Below, piece by piece: positions 29,463 through 39,874 of a stretch of DNA of 64,000 bases. The translations under genes were made by a program, and so were the position numbers. Below the pieces are notes generated by a model. The model searched no databases. It saw nothing but the letters and a program-made list of their open reading frames with translations, and was not told the DNA's origin. Each line of letters opens with the position of its first letter. Positions within the stretch are counted from its first letter, which is position 1. The stretch is from a virus (Duplodnaviria > Heunggongvirae > Uroviricota > Caudoviricetes): positions 10,995 through 74,994 of the IMG/VR virus record IMGVR_UViG_3300021963_008171; one strand, written 5' to 3'.

Positions 29463-29849
29463 ATGAAGCACTTAAAAGACTTTGATTCTATAGTAGAAAA
29501 TTTGGAAGAATCTGATGTTATGGATACATCTGGCGATTCCCCAGTGATGGAACCGGTTGAAAATAAATCATTAATCAACGCAGATTCTTGGATACCATCC
29601 CAACACGAAGAGGGTGATTACGATGTCACATGGACAGATGAAAATGGTGAAAAAGTGACCGCGGCATTTAAAGACGCTGGAGGTCCAATTCAATCTATGG
29701 AAAATGGAACCGGGTTTTCAGATCTAGAATCCATTGAAGGAACGGCAACCGACGGTAAAGAATATGTTGGAGAGATCAGATATAAAGAAGGAAAGGGCAA
29801 TTCTGAGGATGTTTTCTTAGTTACCAATATATCAATTAGCCATAAATAG
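29463..29849 (+). CDS. hypothetical acidic protein, MKHL family
   Basis: MKHLKDFDSIVENL... Confidence 0.45.
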   Translation: MKHLKDFDSIVENLEESDVMDTSGDSPVMEPVENKSLINADSWIPSQHEEGDYDVTWTDENGEKVTAAFKDAGGPIQSMENGTGFSDLESIEGTATDGKEYVGEIRYKEGKGNSEDVFLVTNISISHK

Positions 29850-29893
29850 CTGAAACATTTTTTCGAAACAAATATTTTTAATACATTTGAAGG

Positions 29894-30403
29894 ATGAAAC
29901 ACATCCTTCTTTTTTTGCTCCTGATTTCAGGTATTTCGGGATATTCGCAAACATCGGTTCCGTTCGGATCTGATGGTGATAAGGTTAATAGAGCATGCTC
30001 ACTTGTTAAAGAATATGCCCCGGATGTATATAATCACATAACATCCAGATCCAGGATCCAATCCTTCCTTGATTCCAATGGTGATAAATTTTCAAGCACA
30101 AATAGAATAGAAGGAGGAAATGAAAAAACTTATTGGATATTGGCGGGATTTGGATCAATCAGAGAAAGAAGCCAATATCACCTTGCAGGACTTATATTCC
30201 ACGAATCCATGCACATGTTGATAGCTGAGCAAAGAATGGCAAACGGAAGATCTGGGTATTTTTCTCATTTATCTCCGAAACAACAGAAACAAGAAGAATT
30301 TTTGATCTATAAAATGCAGATAGATCTTCTCGTAAGAATGAATGCACCACGTAGGGAAATTCAAGAAATGAGGGAGTGGATGCAACCCTACGTATCTAGA
30401 TAA
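29894..30403 (+). CDS. secreted HExxH protein (putative zincin-like)
   Basis: Signal peptide MKHILLFLLLISGISGYSQ; HESMHML motif. Confidence 0.45.
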   Translation: MKHILLFLLLISGISGYSQTSVPFGSDGDKVNRACSLVKEYAPDVYNHITSRSRIQSFLDSNGDKFSSTNRIEGGNEKTYWILAGFGSIRERSQYHLAGLIFHESMHMLIAEQRMANGRSGYFSHLSPKQQKQEEFLIYKMQIDLLVRMNAPRREIQEMREWMQPYVSR

Positions 30404-30453
30404 AAAACATCTTTTTTTACTGAGATAGATAGCGGCAATATAAGTAATTAGAA

Positions 30454-30780
30454 ATGGCTCTAGTTGTCTACAGTAAGTTAAAGGAATTACAAATCCAAGA
30501 AAAAGAAATATACGAATTTGGTAATTGGCTAAGAAGCTTTGCCAATGAATCAGCGTGGGACGGTGACGATGAGTATGAGGATTCATATGAGGAAGAAACC
30601 GAGGTACCTACCAATCATGACGGTGATGTCATGGAATACCCATGGGATGATTTCAGCTATATAGTGGTACCGGATTCAGCGGACGAGGTTAATGATGCAT
30701 TAGACGTTTCAAGAATGCTTGGTGTGTCATCAAGATTTGACGTTTATGACATGGGTAGGGTATTTTTTGTCGTTAAGTAG
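30454..30780 (+). CDS. hypothetical acidic protein
   Basis: 108-aa ORF. Confidence 0.4.
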   Translation: MALVVYSKLKELQIQEKEIYEFGNWLRSFANESAWDGDDEYEDSYEEETEVPTNHDGDVMEYPWDDFSYIVVPDSADEVNDALDVSRMLGVSSRFDVYDMGRVFFVVK

Positions 30781-30799
30781 AGGACCCGGCGGTCTTTTA

Positions 30800-30809
30800 G
30801 ATATATAAA
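30800..30809 (+). promoter_or_regulatory. GATATATAAA motif
   Basis: 14 nt upstream of the ATG at 30824; preceded by a small GACC/GGTC hairpin plus TTTT. Confidence 0.4.
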
Positions 30810-30823
30810 AAAAAGAGATTAAA

Positions 30824-31375
30824 ATGGCTTTACAAATTAATCAAGAAATTGAGACAATTAATAAGGGAATAGTGACTAATCCGTATTTAAGGATAGAATC
30901 ATACAGAATAGATAAGGTTTTAGGATATTTTATAGTTGCAACTGCTATGTTCAGGGACAAAGCAGACGCAGACTCTAATAAATTTGTCTATCACGAGGAT
31001 TATACACAGCCTATAGATAGAGCACCACAAACTGGGCCGATAGCAACAATGATCACATACGAGGATAACTCTTTCGAATATCCAGTAATTGTTGAATTCC
31101 CATTAACTGTTTCAGAAGAAGTTACCGAAGACATTTACGAGGATCAGGAGGTAACTAGAACCATAACATACAATGACTTTGACGAAAACGGAGATATCGT
31201 AGAGAAAACAAGAACAGAAACCACGATAGAAAAAGTTAAGACAGGGACACACGAAGTAACCAAATCAAGAATAGATCTTTCCGTAGTAGGAGCAGATCCT
31301 TATGGATGGGCTTACTCAAGATTAAAGACGCACTACGAAGGAATCTTCGGGGCTGGAAATGTAACTGATTGTTAA
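30824..31375 (+). CDS. hypothetical protein
   Basis: 183-aa ORF. Confidence 0.45.
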   Translation: MALQINQEIETINKGIVTNPYLRIESYRIDKVLGYFIVATAMFRDKADADSNKFVYHEDYTQPIDRAPQTGPIATMITYEDNSFEYPVIVEFPLTVSEEVTEDIYEDQEVTRTITYNDFDENGDIVEKTRTETTIEKVKTGTHEVTKSRIDLSVVGADPYGWAYSRLKTHYEGIFGAGNVTDC

Positions 31376-31378
31376 GAT

Positions 31379-31858
31379 ATGAGTGTAGTTGCGTTTACTT
31401 CTAGTAATATTAGATTTGGTAATCAGGGTACCTTCGGAGGAACTACCCAATTATCCAATCTATGGATGGGAACAACCAACGTTTCCTTGCAAACAATATA
31501 CACGTCAAAAATATACCCAAGGGGTCCTGCATTAGGAGCGAATCTTGCAACTTTCAGATCCTCGAAATGGAGAGTTATTAGACTCGTGAGCAATGATTAC
31601 ACAAAGGGTAACGTTGCATTTTCTTATCCGGTATTAACATTGGGTGCAGGTGGCCCGGTTGGAGATGGATATGCCTGGAGTTATCTTGATTATAGTTACA
31701 TTACTATAGCAGCAACCGCCGTATATCCATACACATTCCAAAGATGGGAAACTTTAAATCCTGCGCCGGCAGGAACGACACTTAGCACATCATCAGCAGT
31801 ATCTCTTTACAACACAGATTGGACTGGATACTATGAGGTTAGAGCAGTATTTGCATAA
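31379..31858 (+). CDS. hypothetical protein
   Basis: 159-aa ORF. Confidence 0.45.
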   Translation: MSVVAFTSSNIRFGNQGTFGGTTQLSNLWMGTTNVSLQTIYTSKIYPRGPALGANLATFRSSKWRVIRLVSNDYTKGNVAFSYPVLTLGAGGPVGDGYAWSYLDYSYITIAATAVYPYTFQRWETLNPAPAGTTLSTSSAVSLYNTDWTGYYEVRAVFA

Positions 31859-31861
31859 TTT

Positions 31862-32764
31862 ATGAAAGTAATTTGGGTCCTAGAAAATATCAGGAAAGAC
31901 CATAAATTTTTTTTACCAGAAATAGAACTTCTTGGATTGATCGCTTCTATTTCTAATTGGAAATTACTGTATCCAGAAACAAACACGCATCTTTATTGTG
32001 ATTCCACAGTACTCGAATATCTAACCAAGATAGAAATATTAGATCTCTGGGATAACGTACACACAGAAGAACTTTGCACAGAGGACAAAATAAACAGAAG
32101 GGCTTTCTGGGCAGCTTCAAAAATTAAAATTCTAAGAAATATAGAGGCTCCTTTTATAATAATGGACTGTGATCTTTATTTTAAAAAAAGATCTCTAGAT
32201 CTTGATTCTTTTCAAAAATTTGACATAGTAACAAATCAGATAGAAGATGGATTGGGATACTATCCAACAAAGAGAGATCCTATTATAAAAGAAATGAATG
32301 ATCCTTTTAAATACAGATCCTCACACGCATTCAATGTTGCCTTTCTTTATATAGGCTGTGAAAAAATTAGAAGGGAATACACAAATTTAGCATATTCATG
32401 GATGGAAGATTTATCTTCAAAAAATCCAGACATTGGGATTTTAACCGGAAAGCATATGATTTTCTGTGAACAAAAGATGCTAAAGGAATTTTCAGATCTT
32501 TATGATTCTAAGGTAATATCCCTAGCAGATCATATGATAAAAGGAGCGGAAGAAAGAATACCTATGATGGATGGATATGAATCTTTAAATCTTAGAGATT
32601 CAGATTATGTGCATCTGCACAGATTAAAAAGCAGAGTTAAATTCAATTCCGGGCTGTTTATTGATACCAGAAGTGATATCATTAAATCTATATACAATCT
32701 AAGTCCAGAGAGATCTAAGAAAGCATTCTCAGCATTAAAGCTCTCTAATCAGGATCTATTCTAA
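31862..32764 (+). CDS. putative glycosyltransferase (Gly_transf_sug / DxD-type)
   Basis: ...AASKIKILRNIEAPFIIMDCDLYF resembles the sugar-binding DxD region of the OCH1/alpha-GalT family; weak. Confidence 0.35.
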   Translation: MKVIWVLENIRKDHKFFLPEIELLGLIASISNWKLLYPETNTHLYCDSTVLEYLTKIEILDLWDNVHTEELCTEDKINRRAFWAASKIKILRNIEAPFIIMDCDLYFKKRSLDLDSFQKFDIVTNQIEDGLGYYPTKRDPIIKEMNDPFKYRSSHAFNVAFLYIGCEKIRREYTNLAYSWMEDLSSKNPDIGILTGKHMIFCEQKMLKEFSDLYDSKVISLADHMIKGAEERIPMMDGYESLNLRDSDYVHLHRLKSRVKFNSGLFIDTRSDIIKSIYNLSPERSKKAFSALKLSNQDLF

Positions 32765-33380
32765 CCTTTCTTTTATCCGAAATGATGTAATCGTAAATTA
32801 CATCATTTTCTATTTCTACTCCAATATATTCTAGCATCCTTGCAATTTCTGAAATGTTATGGCCGACAAAAAGATCTTCATAATAAAATATAGGCCACGA
32901 ATTTTGTTCTGCTATTGAGGTCATTTTATAGGAAAAATATTTGAAAGATTCGATTTCATTCTTTAGTCTTTCCCGATCTATTTTATTTACATCATATATC
33001 TTAGGAATATCCCACCCAATCTTAGAATCTAGATTTATTAAAAGACTTTCTGCCTGTAATCCTTTATCTCTTCTATCCAAAACTATAACCTTATCAAAGA
33101 ATTCTTTCATCCAATCAGTAAATCTTCTTTCATCGTTTCCTGTCGATTTTTTGGGATGCTGGCTACATCCAAAAAGGGTTTTAGTTAATACCTGATCGTA
33201 TTTAAAAAAAGGATCTATATAATCAAAATCAAAACCTTCTTTATAATATGTAACGTAATTTTTTGGATTATATGGTTCATAGAAACATTGAAATCCCTTT
33301 GGATGTAAATGCGATTCCAACATTCTATATAAGGAGGTTGAACCTGTTCTTGGCCTAGCTAATATTGCTATTTTACTCAT
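32745..33380 (-). CDS. sulfotransferase
   Basis: N-terminal 5'-PSB-like ILARPRTGSTSL; 211 aa. Confidence 0.6.
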   Translation of the reverse strand: MSKIAILARPRTGSTSLYRMLESHLHPKGFQCFYEPYNPKNYVTYYKEGFDFDYIDPFFKYDQVLTKTLFGCSQHPKKSTGNDERRFTDWMKEFFDKVIVLDRRDKGLQAESLLINLDSKIGWDIPKIYDVNKIDRERLKNEIESFKYFSYKMTSIAEQNSWPIFYYEDLFVGHNISEIARMLEYIGVEIENDVIYDYIISDKRKVRIDPD

Positions 33381-33407
33381 TACATATCTATCCTAATGGT
33401 TTGGATA

Positions 33408-33989
33408 TCAAATTAATCTCTTTCCTGATTTCCCTCCTCTTAATTTATTCTGAGGATTTACTATGTTAATTTTAGGGGTAAACCCTAGATAAGATGCTAT
33501 TTTTTCACCTCCCGTGTTATTGAAATATAGATCTTCGTATGTTACCTGTATACAGTCCTTTAGTGATTTAAAATATTTATTTCTTATTACTATTGATTCG
33601 TGAACGGATCTTATCCTTTCCTCGTTATCCAATAGAAATTCGTTATTTATTTCATAATATGAAACGTCCCACTTATCATTAACTAAATTATTATGCCACC
33701 TATTATGAACGTTTGCCCAAACTACGCTTTCTGCTTGAGCCATAGAATCATTCCTTGTTAAAACTATTCTTTTATCAAAGAAATCCTTACCATTATCATA
33801 ACTCCATCTATTATCAGTTGATATCTTAACTATACACTCATTCATCTTTTCCAATTTAATTCCTTTAAAAAATTCCTCATGTTTAGGATTTAGCAACTCG
33901 TGATAATACGTTATACCGGTCTCAAGTTCTAACCATTCCCCCAGAGATCTTGATCCAGTCCTGTAGTCGGTGTATATTAATATTCTCAT
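33408..33989 (-). CDS. sulfotransferase
   Basis: ILIYTDYRTGSRSL; paralog of the neighbours. Confidence 0.6.
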   Translation of the reverse strand: MRILIYTDYRTGSRSLGEWLELETGITYYHELLNPKHEEFFKGIKLEKMNECIVKISTDNRWSYDNGKDFFDKRIVLTRNDSMAQAESVVWANVHNRWHNNLVNDKWDVSYYEINNEFLLDNEERIRSVHESIVIRNKYFKSLKDCIQVTYEDLYFNNTGGEKIASYLGFTPKINIVNPQNKLRGGKSGKRLI

Positions 33990-33992
33990 CTG

Positions 33993-34523
33993 CTATATCA
34001 ATTGTTTTTTCATATTTCTATATCTTTTAGATCCTATTTCGAATTTTGATTCAAATTCTAAATAATCCTCAATTTTCTTAAGACCCTCTTTTGAATAAAA
34101 TAATTCCTCATATGTTAAATGAAGACATTCTATTAATTTTTTAAATTCCACATTTTCAGAAATTATTTTATTTTCTATTTCTTTAATTTCTTGCTTGTTT
34201 GAATTTAAAAAATCATCCGATATAGAATATGCTGAAAATTTCTTTTCTTCTATTTCAGAATATAATCTACTTTCAGCTTGTTCCCTAGTATTTTCCCTTA
34301 CGAGAACTATTTTTTTATCGAACATATGTTTGATTCTATCATAAGAATCTTCGTCCGGGCAAACCTTGTATATTCCGAATGTGTGCGAATTCACAGCTTG
34401 GTCAAACTCATCGTTTGTTTTATAATGAAATCTTCTATAATAATCACAGCTATATTCTATCATCAAAAAGTTAGCTAATGATGTGGATCCTGTTCTATGG
34501 CTTGTGTATATTAATATTTTCAT
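33993..34523 (-). CDS. sulfotransferase
   Basis: ILIYTSHRTGSTSL; paralog. Confidence 0.6.
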   Translation of the reverse strand: MKILIYTSHRTGSTSLANFLMIEYSCDYYRRFHYKTNDEFDQAVNSHTFGIYKVCPDEDSYDRIKHMFDKKIVLVRENTREQAESRLYSEIEEKKFSAYSISDDFLNSNKQEIKEIENKIISENVEFKKLIECLHLTYEELFYSKEGLKKIEDYLEFESKFEIGSKRYRNMKKQLI

Positions 34524-35346
34524 TGATGTGCTTTAATATATTATTTGCAATCTCCTCATGCCCACTATAGCTTGGATGATAATCAACAATTTTACCATTT
34601 GTATCGTGCATAATAGTGTGCTTATCTTTGCGTATTTTATATGATATTCCATTATCGCCATCGGAAATTAAATTTTTTGGCTTCTCGCAACATTTAGGCC
34701 AGTAGTCTTCGTGTAGGATAAAAACATTAAATCCTATATTTAAGAGAATTTCATTTATTTGTATAAATCTCCAAACCTCCCTCTCGTAATATTTTTTGGT
34801 TGATATGAATTCTAAAAAAAAGTCTTGCATTAAATCATACTTTTTTTTAGATAATTTTAAATTTTCATTACGTAAATATTGCCCGGTGTTTGTATAGAGT
34901 AAGGTGTCTTCTCCCCCGTCCTCATAACTCTTGATTATATTATTAATAAAGACGGTTTTTAAGAAATATGGAGATTGATTATCGGGATCATATAAAAAAT
35001 CTCTAGGCTCAATGCACCACCCACCCAGGAGCTTTTGCTGTTTAACTAAGGGGAAGTCATATCTAGCGCTAGTCGATATTTGAATTATGATAATATCGTC
35101 TTTTTTAAAATTATTAAACTCCTTTAATATTCTATCTAAAATAGAATCGTTTGTTGACCCATTTACGCCATAGTTTAAAATATCAAATCCGATTTTTTCT
35201 GCTACATGTTCCGCCCATATTTTTTTTGTTGGATCGATATAATCAAGATATTTTGAATTGTAAAATGATTTAGGATCGCCCGACTTATCCTCTTTGCATC
35301 CGTGTCCCCACGTAAAACTGTCACCAAAAGCCCAGAGTTTACTCAT
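34495..35346 (-). CDS. SGNH/GDSL hydrolase
   Basis: N-terminal LWAFGDSFTWGHG (GDS(x) block I). Confidence 0.6.
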   Translation of the reverse strand: MSKLWAFGDSFTWGHGCKEDKSGDPKSFYNSKYLDYIDPTKKIWAEHVAEKIGFDILNYGVNGSTNDSILDRILKEFNNFKKDDIIIIQISTSARYDFPLVKQQKLLGGWCIEPRDFLYDPDNQSPYFLKTVFINNIIKSYEDGGEDTLLYTNTGQYLRNENLKLSKKKYDLMQDFFLEFISTKKYYEREVWRFIQINEILLNIGFNVFILHEDYWPKCCEKPKNLISDGDNGISYKIRKDKHTIMHDTNGKIVDYHPSYSGHEEIANNILKHINENINIHKP

Positions 35347-35930
35347 ATTAATTTTTTTTCAAAATTTAAAAAAGAAAACATATTATAATATTTTCTATCC
35401 TCTTTAATCATATTCATCATAATACCATATTGGTCGGGATAAGTACTTTTAATATAATTTTTAATATAATTAGGGCTCCTCCATATATTAAATTCTTTAA
35501 AATTATATCTATCTTTATCGTATGGTTTCATTTTTCCCTCGAGAGATAAAAACAAAGTTAGATCTTTCAGTCTTAAAGCAATCGGCTTTTTATCCTTGGA
35601 TAAATAGGCCTCAAAAATAGTTCTATTCAGAATCCCACACCAGTGTGTTGACCCTAATTCAGAAACAAACAGGTTAATTAATTCTTCCTCCGTAATTCCT
35701 TCCCAGTTACTATGATTGTTCCACAAGCTTAAAATCTCTGTGTGTAGAGCACTATTTAGATGATCCTCAGGGTCTCTTAATATTATAACCCCCCAATTCA
35801 AATTCTTAAATTCGTCCCATCCGGCATCGAGCATAATTACTCCTTTTGTTTCTCCCCCGAAGGATCTTAAATATCTCGTTCCACACTTTAACGGTGTTAT
35901 AAATCTATTATCGATTTGTATTATCGTCAT
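35343..35930 (-). CDS. sulfotransferase-like protein
   Basis: TPLKCGTRYL resembles the PAPS 5'-phosphosulfate-binding loop. Confidence 0.4.
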   Translation of the reverse strand: MTIIQIDNRFITPLKCGTRYLRSFGGETKGVIMLDAGWDEFKNLNWGVIILRDPEDHLNSALHTEILSLWNNHSNWEGITEEELINLFVSELGSTHWCGILNRTIFEAYLSKDKKPIALRLKDLTLFLSLEGKMKPYDKDRYNFKEFNIWRSPNYIKNYIKSTYPDQYGIMMNMIKEDRKYYNMFSFLNFEKKLI

Positions 35931-36596
35931 TTAAATACTTTAAAAAATATTCACATTGAACTAATTGGCCTATCTCACCGAATTGATCGTCATTTAGCTC
36001 GTTTTTTGTTTCTTCCTTAATAGTCTGAGCACCAATTTTTTTAAGATGATTGTACAGATCTGTTACATCCCCTCCTATGTAATATGGCTTGTGTATTTTT
36101 TTATCAAACGTCCAATAATAAACTTTAAACCCTATAGATCTAGATAATAGATTAATTAGATTTTCCCAGCTAAATATTTCATCGAGCCACGACTCGTTGA
36201 TCCTATTATCGTGCAATTCCTTTATTGTTGTTAAATTAATACCGCTCAAAAACTCTGGGGTATTCACATGTTTTAATACATACGGTCTAGATGTAACAAC
36301 TCCCCATTATATTGATTAACTATTCTAAAATTTTGAATATCGGACCAACCAATAATGACAATATCTTCTTTCTTAATCGATGCAGAGAGTTTACAGAACC
36401 ACTCAAATATATCATAGTTAGATTGTCCTCCTATAGCATAATTTTTTAAACCAAGATTTAATTTTTCAGAAAGAAGCTCTGACCACGACTTAGGAAATTT
36501 TCCGGACCTGTATTGATTGTAATAATGATATCGACGCTCTTTCGTCTTTCCGAATATAGCGGAAGAATTATCTCCGAATATCCATAAATCGCTCAT
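35908..36596 (-). pseudogene. SGNH/GDSL hydrolase split by a frameshift (ORFs 36273..36596 and 35908..36267)
   Basis: The N-terminal part MSDLWIFGDNSS matches the neighbours. The two ORFs abut in different frames and sum to the neighbour size (232 aa). Confidence 0.35.
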
Positions 36597-37291
36597 AGTA
36601 ATTTTACTTTTTTGGTATTATCATAGGATTTAATTAGATCATAAAGATATTCAGACATTTGTCTATTTCCATTTTCACTGAAATGCATATCATAGATTTC
36701 GCCGTTTGTTTCTTCGAATATGGTTTCTATTTTTTGCTTTATCGGCGTAACAAACAATCCTCCTTCTTCCTGTTTAAATGGAGACCAATTAATTATAATA
36801 TTATCCGGATATATGTGATTGATTAATTTAATATATCTATTAATCTCGTCAACATATGGAAGTTCGCACCTATTAACAATTATTTCATTTAATGCGTCCA
36901 CACTAATGTCAGTTAAATAACTTGTATCAGATATTGTGGATATCAACTGCGAATCTTTGTCTTTGTTATTTAAATTATCTGGCCTAATTGTTAAAAAACT
37001 GCCATTCCTTGAAGCTACTCTAAATCTAATCGTAGACGACCATCCGATAATTATGATGTCTTCCCTATCGATTTTATTTAAACTATCAATTATAGAATCC
37101 ATGATGGTATAATTGTCTGCTCCGCCTATTCCCAGGTTTCTAGAAGGCATTCCCAGTTTTGCAGACAAAAAATCAGAAAATACCTTCGGAACATATTTTT
37201 TCCAATTGATATAATCCCTCCTCCATTTTACTAAAAATCGTCCTTCGTTTGTTTCTGAGAACGAATCACCAAAGATCCATAGTTTTGGCAT
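36593..37291 (-). CDS. SGNH/GDSL hydrolase
   Basis: MPKLWIFGDSFSETNEG. Confidence 0.55.
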   Translation of the reverse strand: MPKLWIFGDSFSETNEGRFLVKWRRDYINWKKYVPKVFSDFLSAKLGMPSRNLGIGGADNYTIMDSIIDSLNKIDREDIIIIGWSSTIRFRVASRNGSFLTIRPDNLNNKDKDSQLISTISDTSYLTDISVDALNEIIVNRCELPYVDEINRYIKLINHIYPDNIIINWSPFKQEEGGLFVTPIKQKIETIFEETNGEIYDMHFSENGNRQMSEYLYDLIKSYDNTKKVKLL

Positions 37292-37424
37292 AAAATTACC
37301 AGTTAGGAATGCTTATTTCTTATTGCTGTAAATATTGTGCTTAGTATAGCTAAGCAGACAGTTTTGTCTGAAGCCTGTACTTGAGTTGGTGTGGATTTGT
37401 CTAATAATTTTGCCATTTTTTTTA

Positions 37425-38825
37425 TTATTTTTCTGGGACGAAGTTGTGTGTTATTACGCTACCTAGTAGATTAACCCCGGTAATTCCGTTTAAATCTGTA
37501 CCTGCTACAAATACGTCATCAGGCTCTATGTTTATTGTTGTGATATTACCGTTGTACCATTCTAAATTTATTGAATTTATGTCAGCAACAATTTCATCTG
37601 AGATTACAATTGAATCTGTGTCCTCTATATCACTTGCTATTTTGAATTTAACGATGCCTGTGTTTTTTTCCCTAATTAATAGTTTTTCGTTTGGAGTTAC
37701 CAGTGTACTTCCGTTTAATGATCCATTGGAATATTCTATTCTTGGAAGCCAACCCTGAAATGTTGAGGTTAATTTATTAATAACAGATGCTGAAGAATAC
37801 GTGATTAACTCAGATATTGATAAAGATGATGACCAATTTAAACTCTCTGTTGAAAGTTCGTCTTTATTTAAACCTGATATAGAAATAGATTTAATTACAT
37901 CTCCTATATCAATGGAGTTTAAATCAATGGAAATTTCCTGATCTTCTACAATTTTAATAACCTCGTATTCGCTGGGTGTTCCCGTAGAATTCATGGGATT
38001 TGAGAAATACATAGACCTCCATTTATTGTCTAATTTATTATCTGTATATGTTATTTCAGTTTCCGCTAGTGGTACTGTGTTAGAATAAACACATCCCCCC
38101 ATATCAATAATGGTTTCAGCATCCTCTAATAATAGCGTCCATGTTCTGATCACGTTTGAAATTTTCCCATTTTCTAACGTATTTTCGTCAAATCTATATT
38201 CCTGCAGCATACTTGTACCATCTAGTGTAGATTTTAAATTTGACAGATTCGTTTCATTGTCTATTTTATAAAATGCGGGATATTCATTTTTTTCAAAATC
38301 TGGCAGTATTTTTTTAGCTATAACGTTAGGATTTAAACCGTTATCTATTAATTCGTTTAGATTATCAAATGTAACATTATCATCTGGGTGTAAAAGACAC
38401 GTTTTGGGTAAAATTCCCTCATTGTTTGATTCAAATAGCAATTTTACCATTTCAGACTTATCCCTGCAATAAAGATCGTCTATGATGGCAGTTAAATCAT
38501 ATGCGCATCTCAGATAAAATGTACTTTCGTCTACAACTATAGAAGGTGTAGTCAAGCTATTATTTGGAACTACAATTAACTCCAGTATTATGCTGTTATT
38601 GTCACAAAAATCTTGAAACTTAGAAATAGCAGACTGTGAAATGTGCTTTTTTTTGTAAACTAGTATTAGCTTAGTATACGAATTAGACGTCAAATATGTC
38701 ATTAAATTATCCAATTCTAGAAATTCGATAGTTGTGTGAAAAAGATCAACATCTGTGTTTGTTTCTAAGAATTTTATGTCGTTTTCCAATTTTAAAAAAT
38801 CGGATCCTATTAATACTGCTTTCAT
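37425..38825 (-). CDS. hypothetical protein (466 aa)
   Basis: Long ORF with no recognised motif. Confidence 0.5.
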   Translation of the reverse strand: MKAVLIGSDFLKLENDIKFLETNTDVDLFHTTIEFLELDNLMTYLTSNSYTKLILVYKKKHISQSAISKFQDFCDNNSIILELIVVPNNSLTTPSIVVDESTFYLRCAYDLTAIIDDLYCRDKSEMVKLLFESNNEGILPKTCLLHPDDNVTFDNLNELIDNGLNPNVIAKKILPDFEKNEYPAFYKIDNETNLSNLKSTLDGTSMLQEYRFDENTLENGKISNVIRTWTLLLEDAETIIDMGGCVYSNTVPLAETEITYTDNKLDNKWRSMYFSNPMNSTGTPSEYEVIKIVEDQEISIDLNSIDIGDVIKSISISGLNKDELSTESLNWSSSLSISELITYSSASVINKLTSTFQGWLPRIEYSNGSLNGSTLVTPNEKLLIREKNTGIVKFKIASDIEDTDSIVISDEIVADINSINLEWYNGNITTINIEPDDVFVAGTDLNGITGVNLLGSVITHNFVPEK

Positions 38826-38835
38826 ATATTGTTTT

Positions 38836-39417
38836 TTATAAATATTTATTTTTTCTCTCCATTATTTTTTCTTTCAATAAAAATGGAATCTTTTCTTCGA
38901 TACTAAAGGTTTCGTCGTTATATAATAGATGAAAATCGTCTAAAAACTCAGTTTTAAAATTGGTAATATTTCCGTACGATAAATACCAGCTATCAATTGT
39001 AACAGATTCATCGTATGTTCTATCCCTATTTTTAACCCTATTAATACACACGTCCAGCGGCGCATATAGCATAAACATTATGGTTTTGTATCCATTAATA
39101 TTCAACTTTTTGCGCTGTTTCCTTATAGAATCTATATATCTACCAACTGTATCGATGACTATATTATCCCCATGGGCTATAGCTTCTAAAAATGTATTAT
39201 AACTAATATCCTTTGCACTCTCGAAAAACTTAGAAGCCTGTCCTGCCTGATCCTCGCTGAAATCTGTTATTTTAACCCCCATCCCCGAGCCTTTTAATAG
39301 TTTTTCGTATGGGATGTCAACATTAATCTTCTTAAAAGAACTAAAATATCTATCGGAAAATGTAGTTTTACCACTTCCCCCAGAGCCACAAACAAAGACT
39401 GCTATCTTATCTTTCAT
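38836..39417 (-). CDS. P-loop kinase/NTPase
   Basis: FVCGSGGSGKTTFS Walker A. Confidence 0.5.
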   Translation of the reverse strand: MKDKIAVFVCGSGGSGKTTFSDRYFSSFKKINVDIPYEKLLKGSGMGVKITDFSEDQAGQASKFFESAKDISYNTFLEAIAHGDNIVIDTVGRYIDSIRKQRKKLNINGYKTIMFMLYAPLDVCINRVKNRDRTYDESVTIDSWYLSYGNITNFKTEFLDDFHLLYNDETFSIEEKIPFLLKEKIMERKNKYL

Positions 39418-39874
39418 TTACCCATTTTTTTATTGATTCAATATCCTCATTGTGTTTAATTAGTTCTGGCTCTGTTTCTAGTATCCATAATTTATCCTTT
39501 AGAATAAATTCAGGCTTTAAAACCCTTATTGAGTAACCCCCGGATGATATCGTGTTAAAAATGTTTTCTACGTAATTAACAAACAAGTGAAATTCCCCGC
39601 ATTTGTTTTTATTAAATCCGGTGTATACCTCAAAATTAAATCCAAGATCCTGGTTGACTATTAAATCACCCCGATACAATCTAAATTTCCTTTGTAAAAT
39701 ATTTTCGTAAATGTCCCAATCTTTTTTTAAAATATTAAGATCTATATCAGAAATATCTCTACTTATTACCCCTTGTAGATTTAAGCTTAAAGATCCTCCG
39801 ACAATTATATTACCCTCTGTGATACTGTAAATTTCTTTGAATATCTCCTCGTAGGGTCCGTGTAGTTTAATCAT
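39407..39874 (-). CDS. minimal nucleotidyltransferase (NTase fold)
   Basis: VGGSLSLNLQGVISRDISDIDLNI fits hG[GS]-x(9-13)-DhD. Confidence 0.45.
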   Translation of the reverse strand: MIKLHGPYEEIFKEIYSITEGNIIVGGSLSLNLQGVISRDISDIDLNILKKDWDIYENILQRKFRLYRGDLIVNQDLGFNFEVYTGFNKNKCGEFHLFVNYVENIFNTISSGGYSIRVLKPEFILKDKLWILETEPELIKHNEDIESIKKWVNER

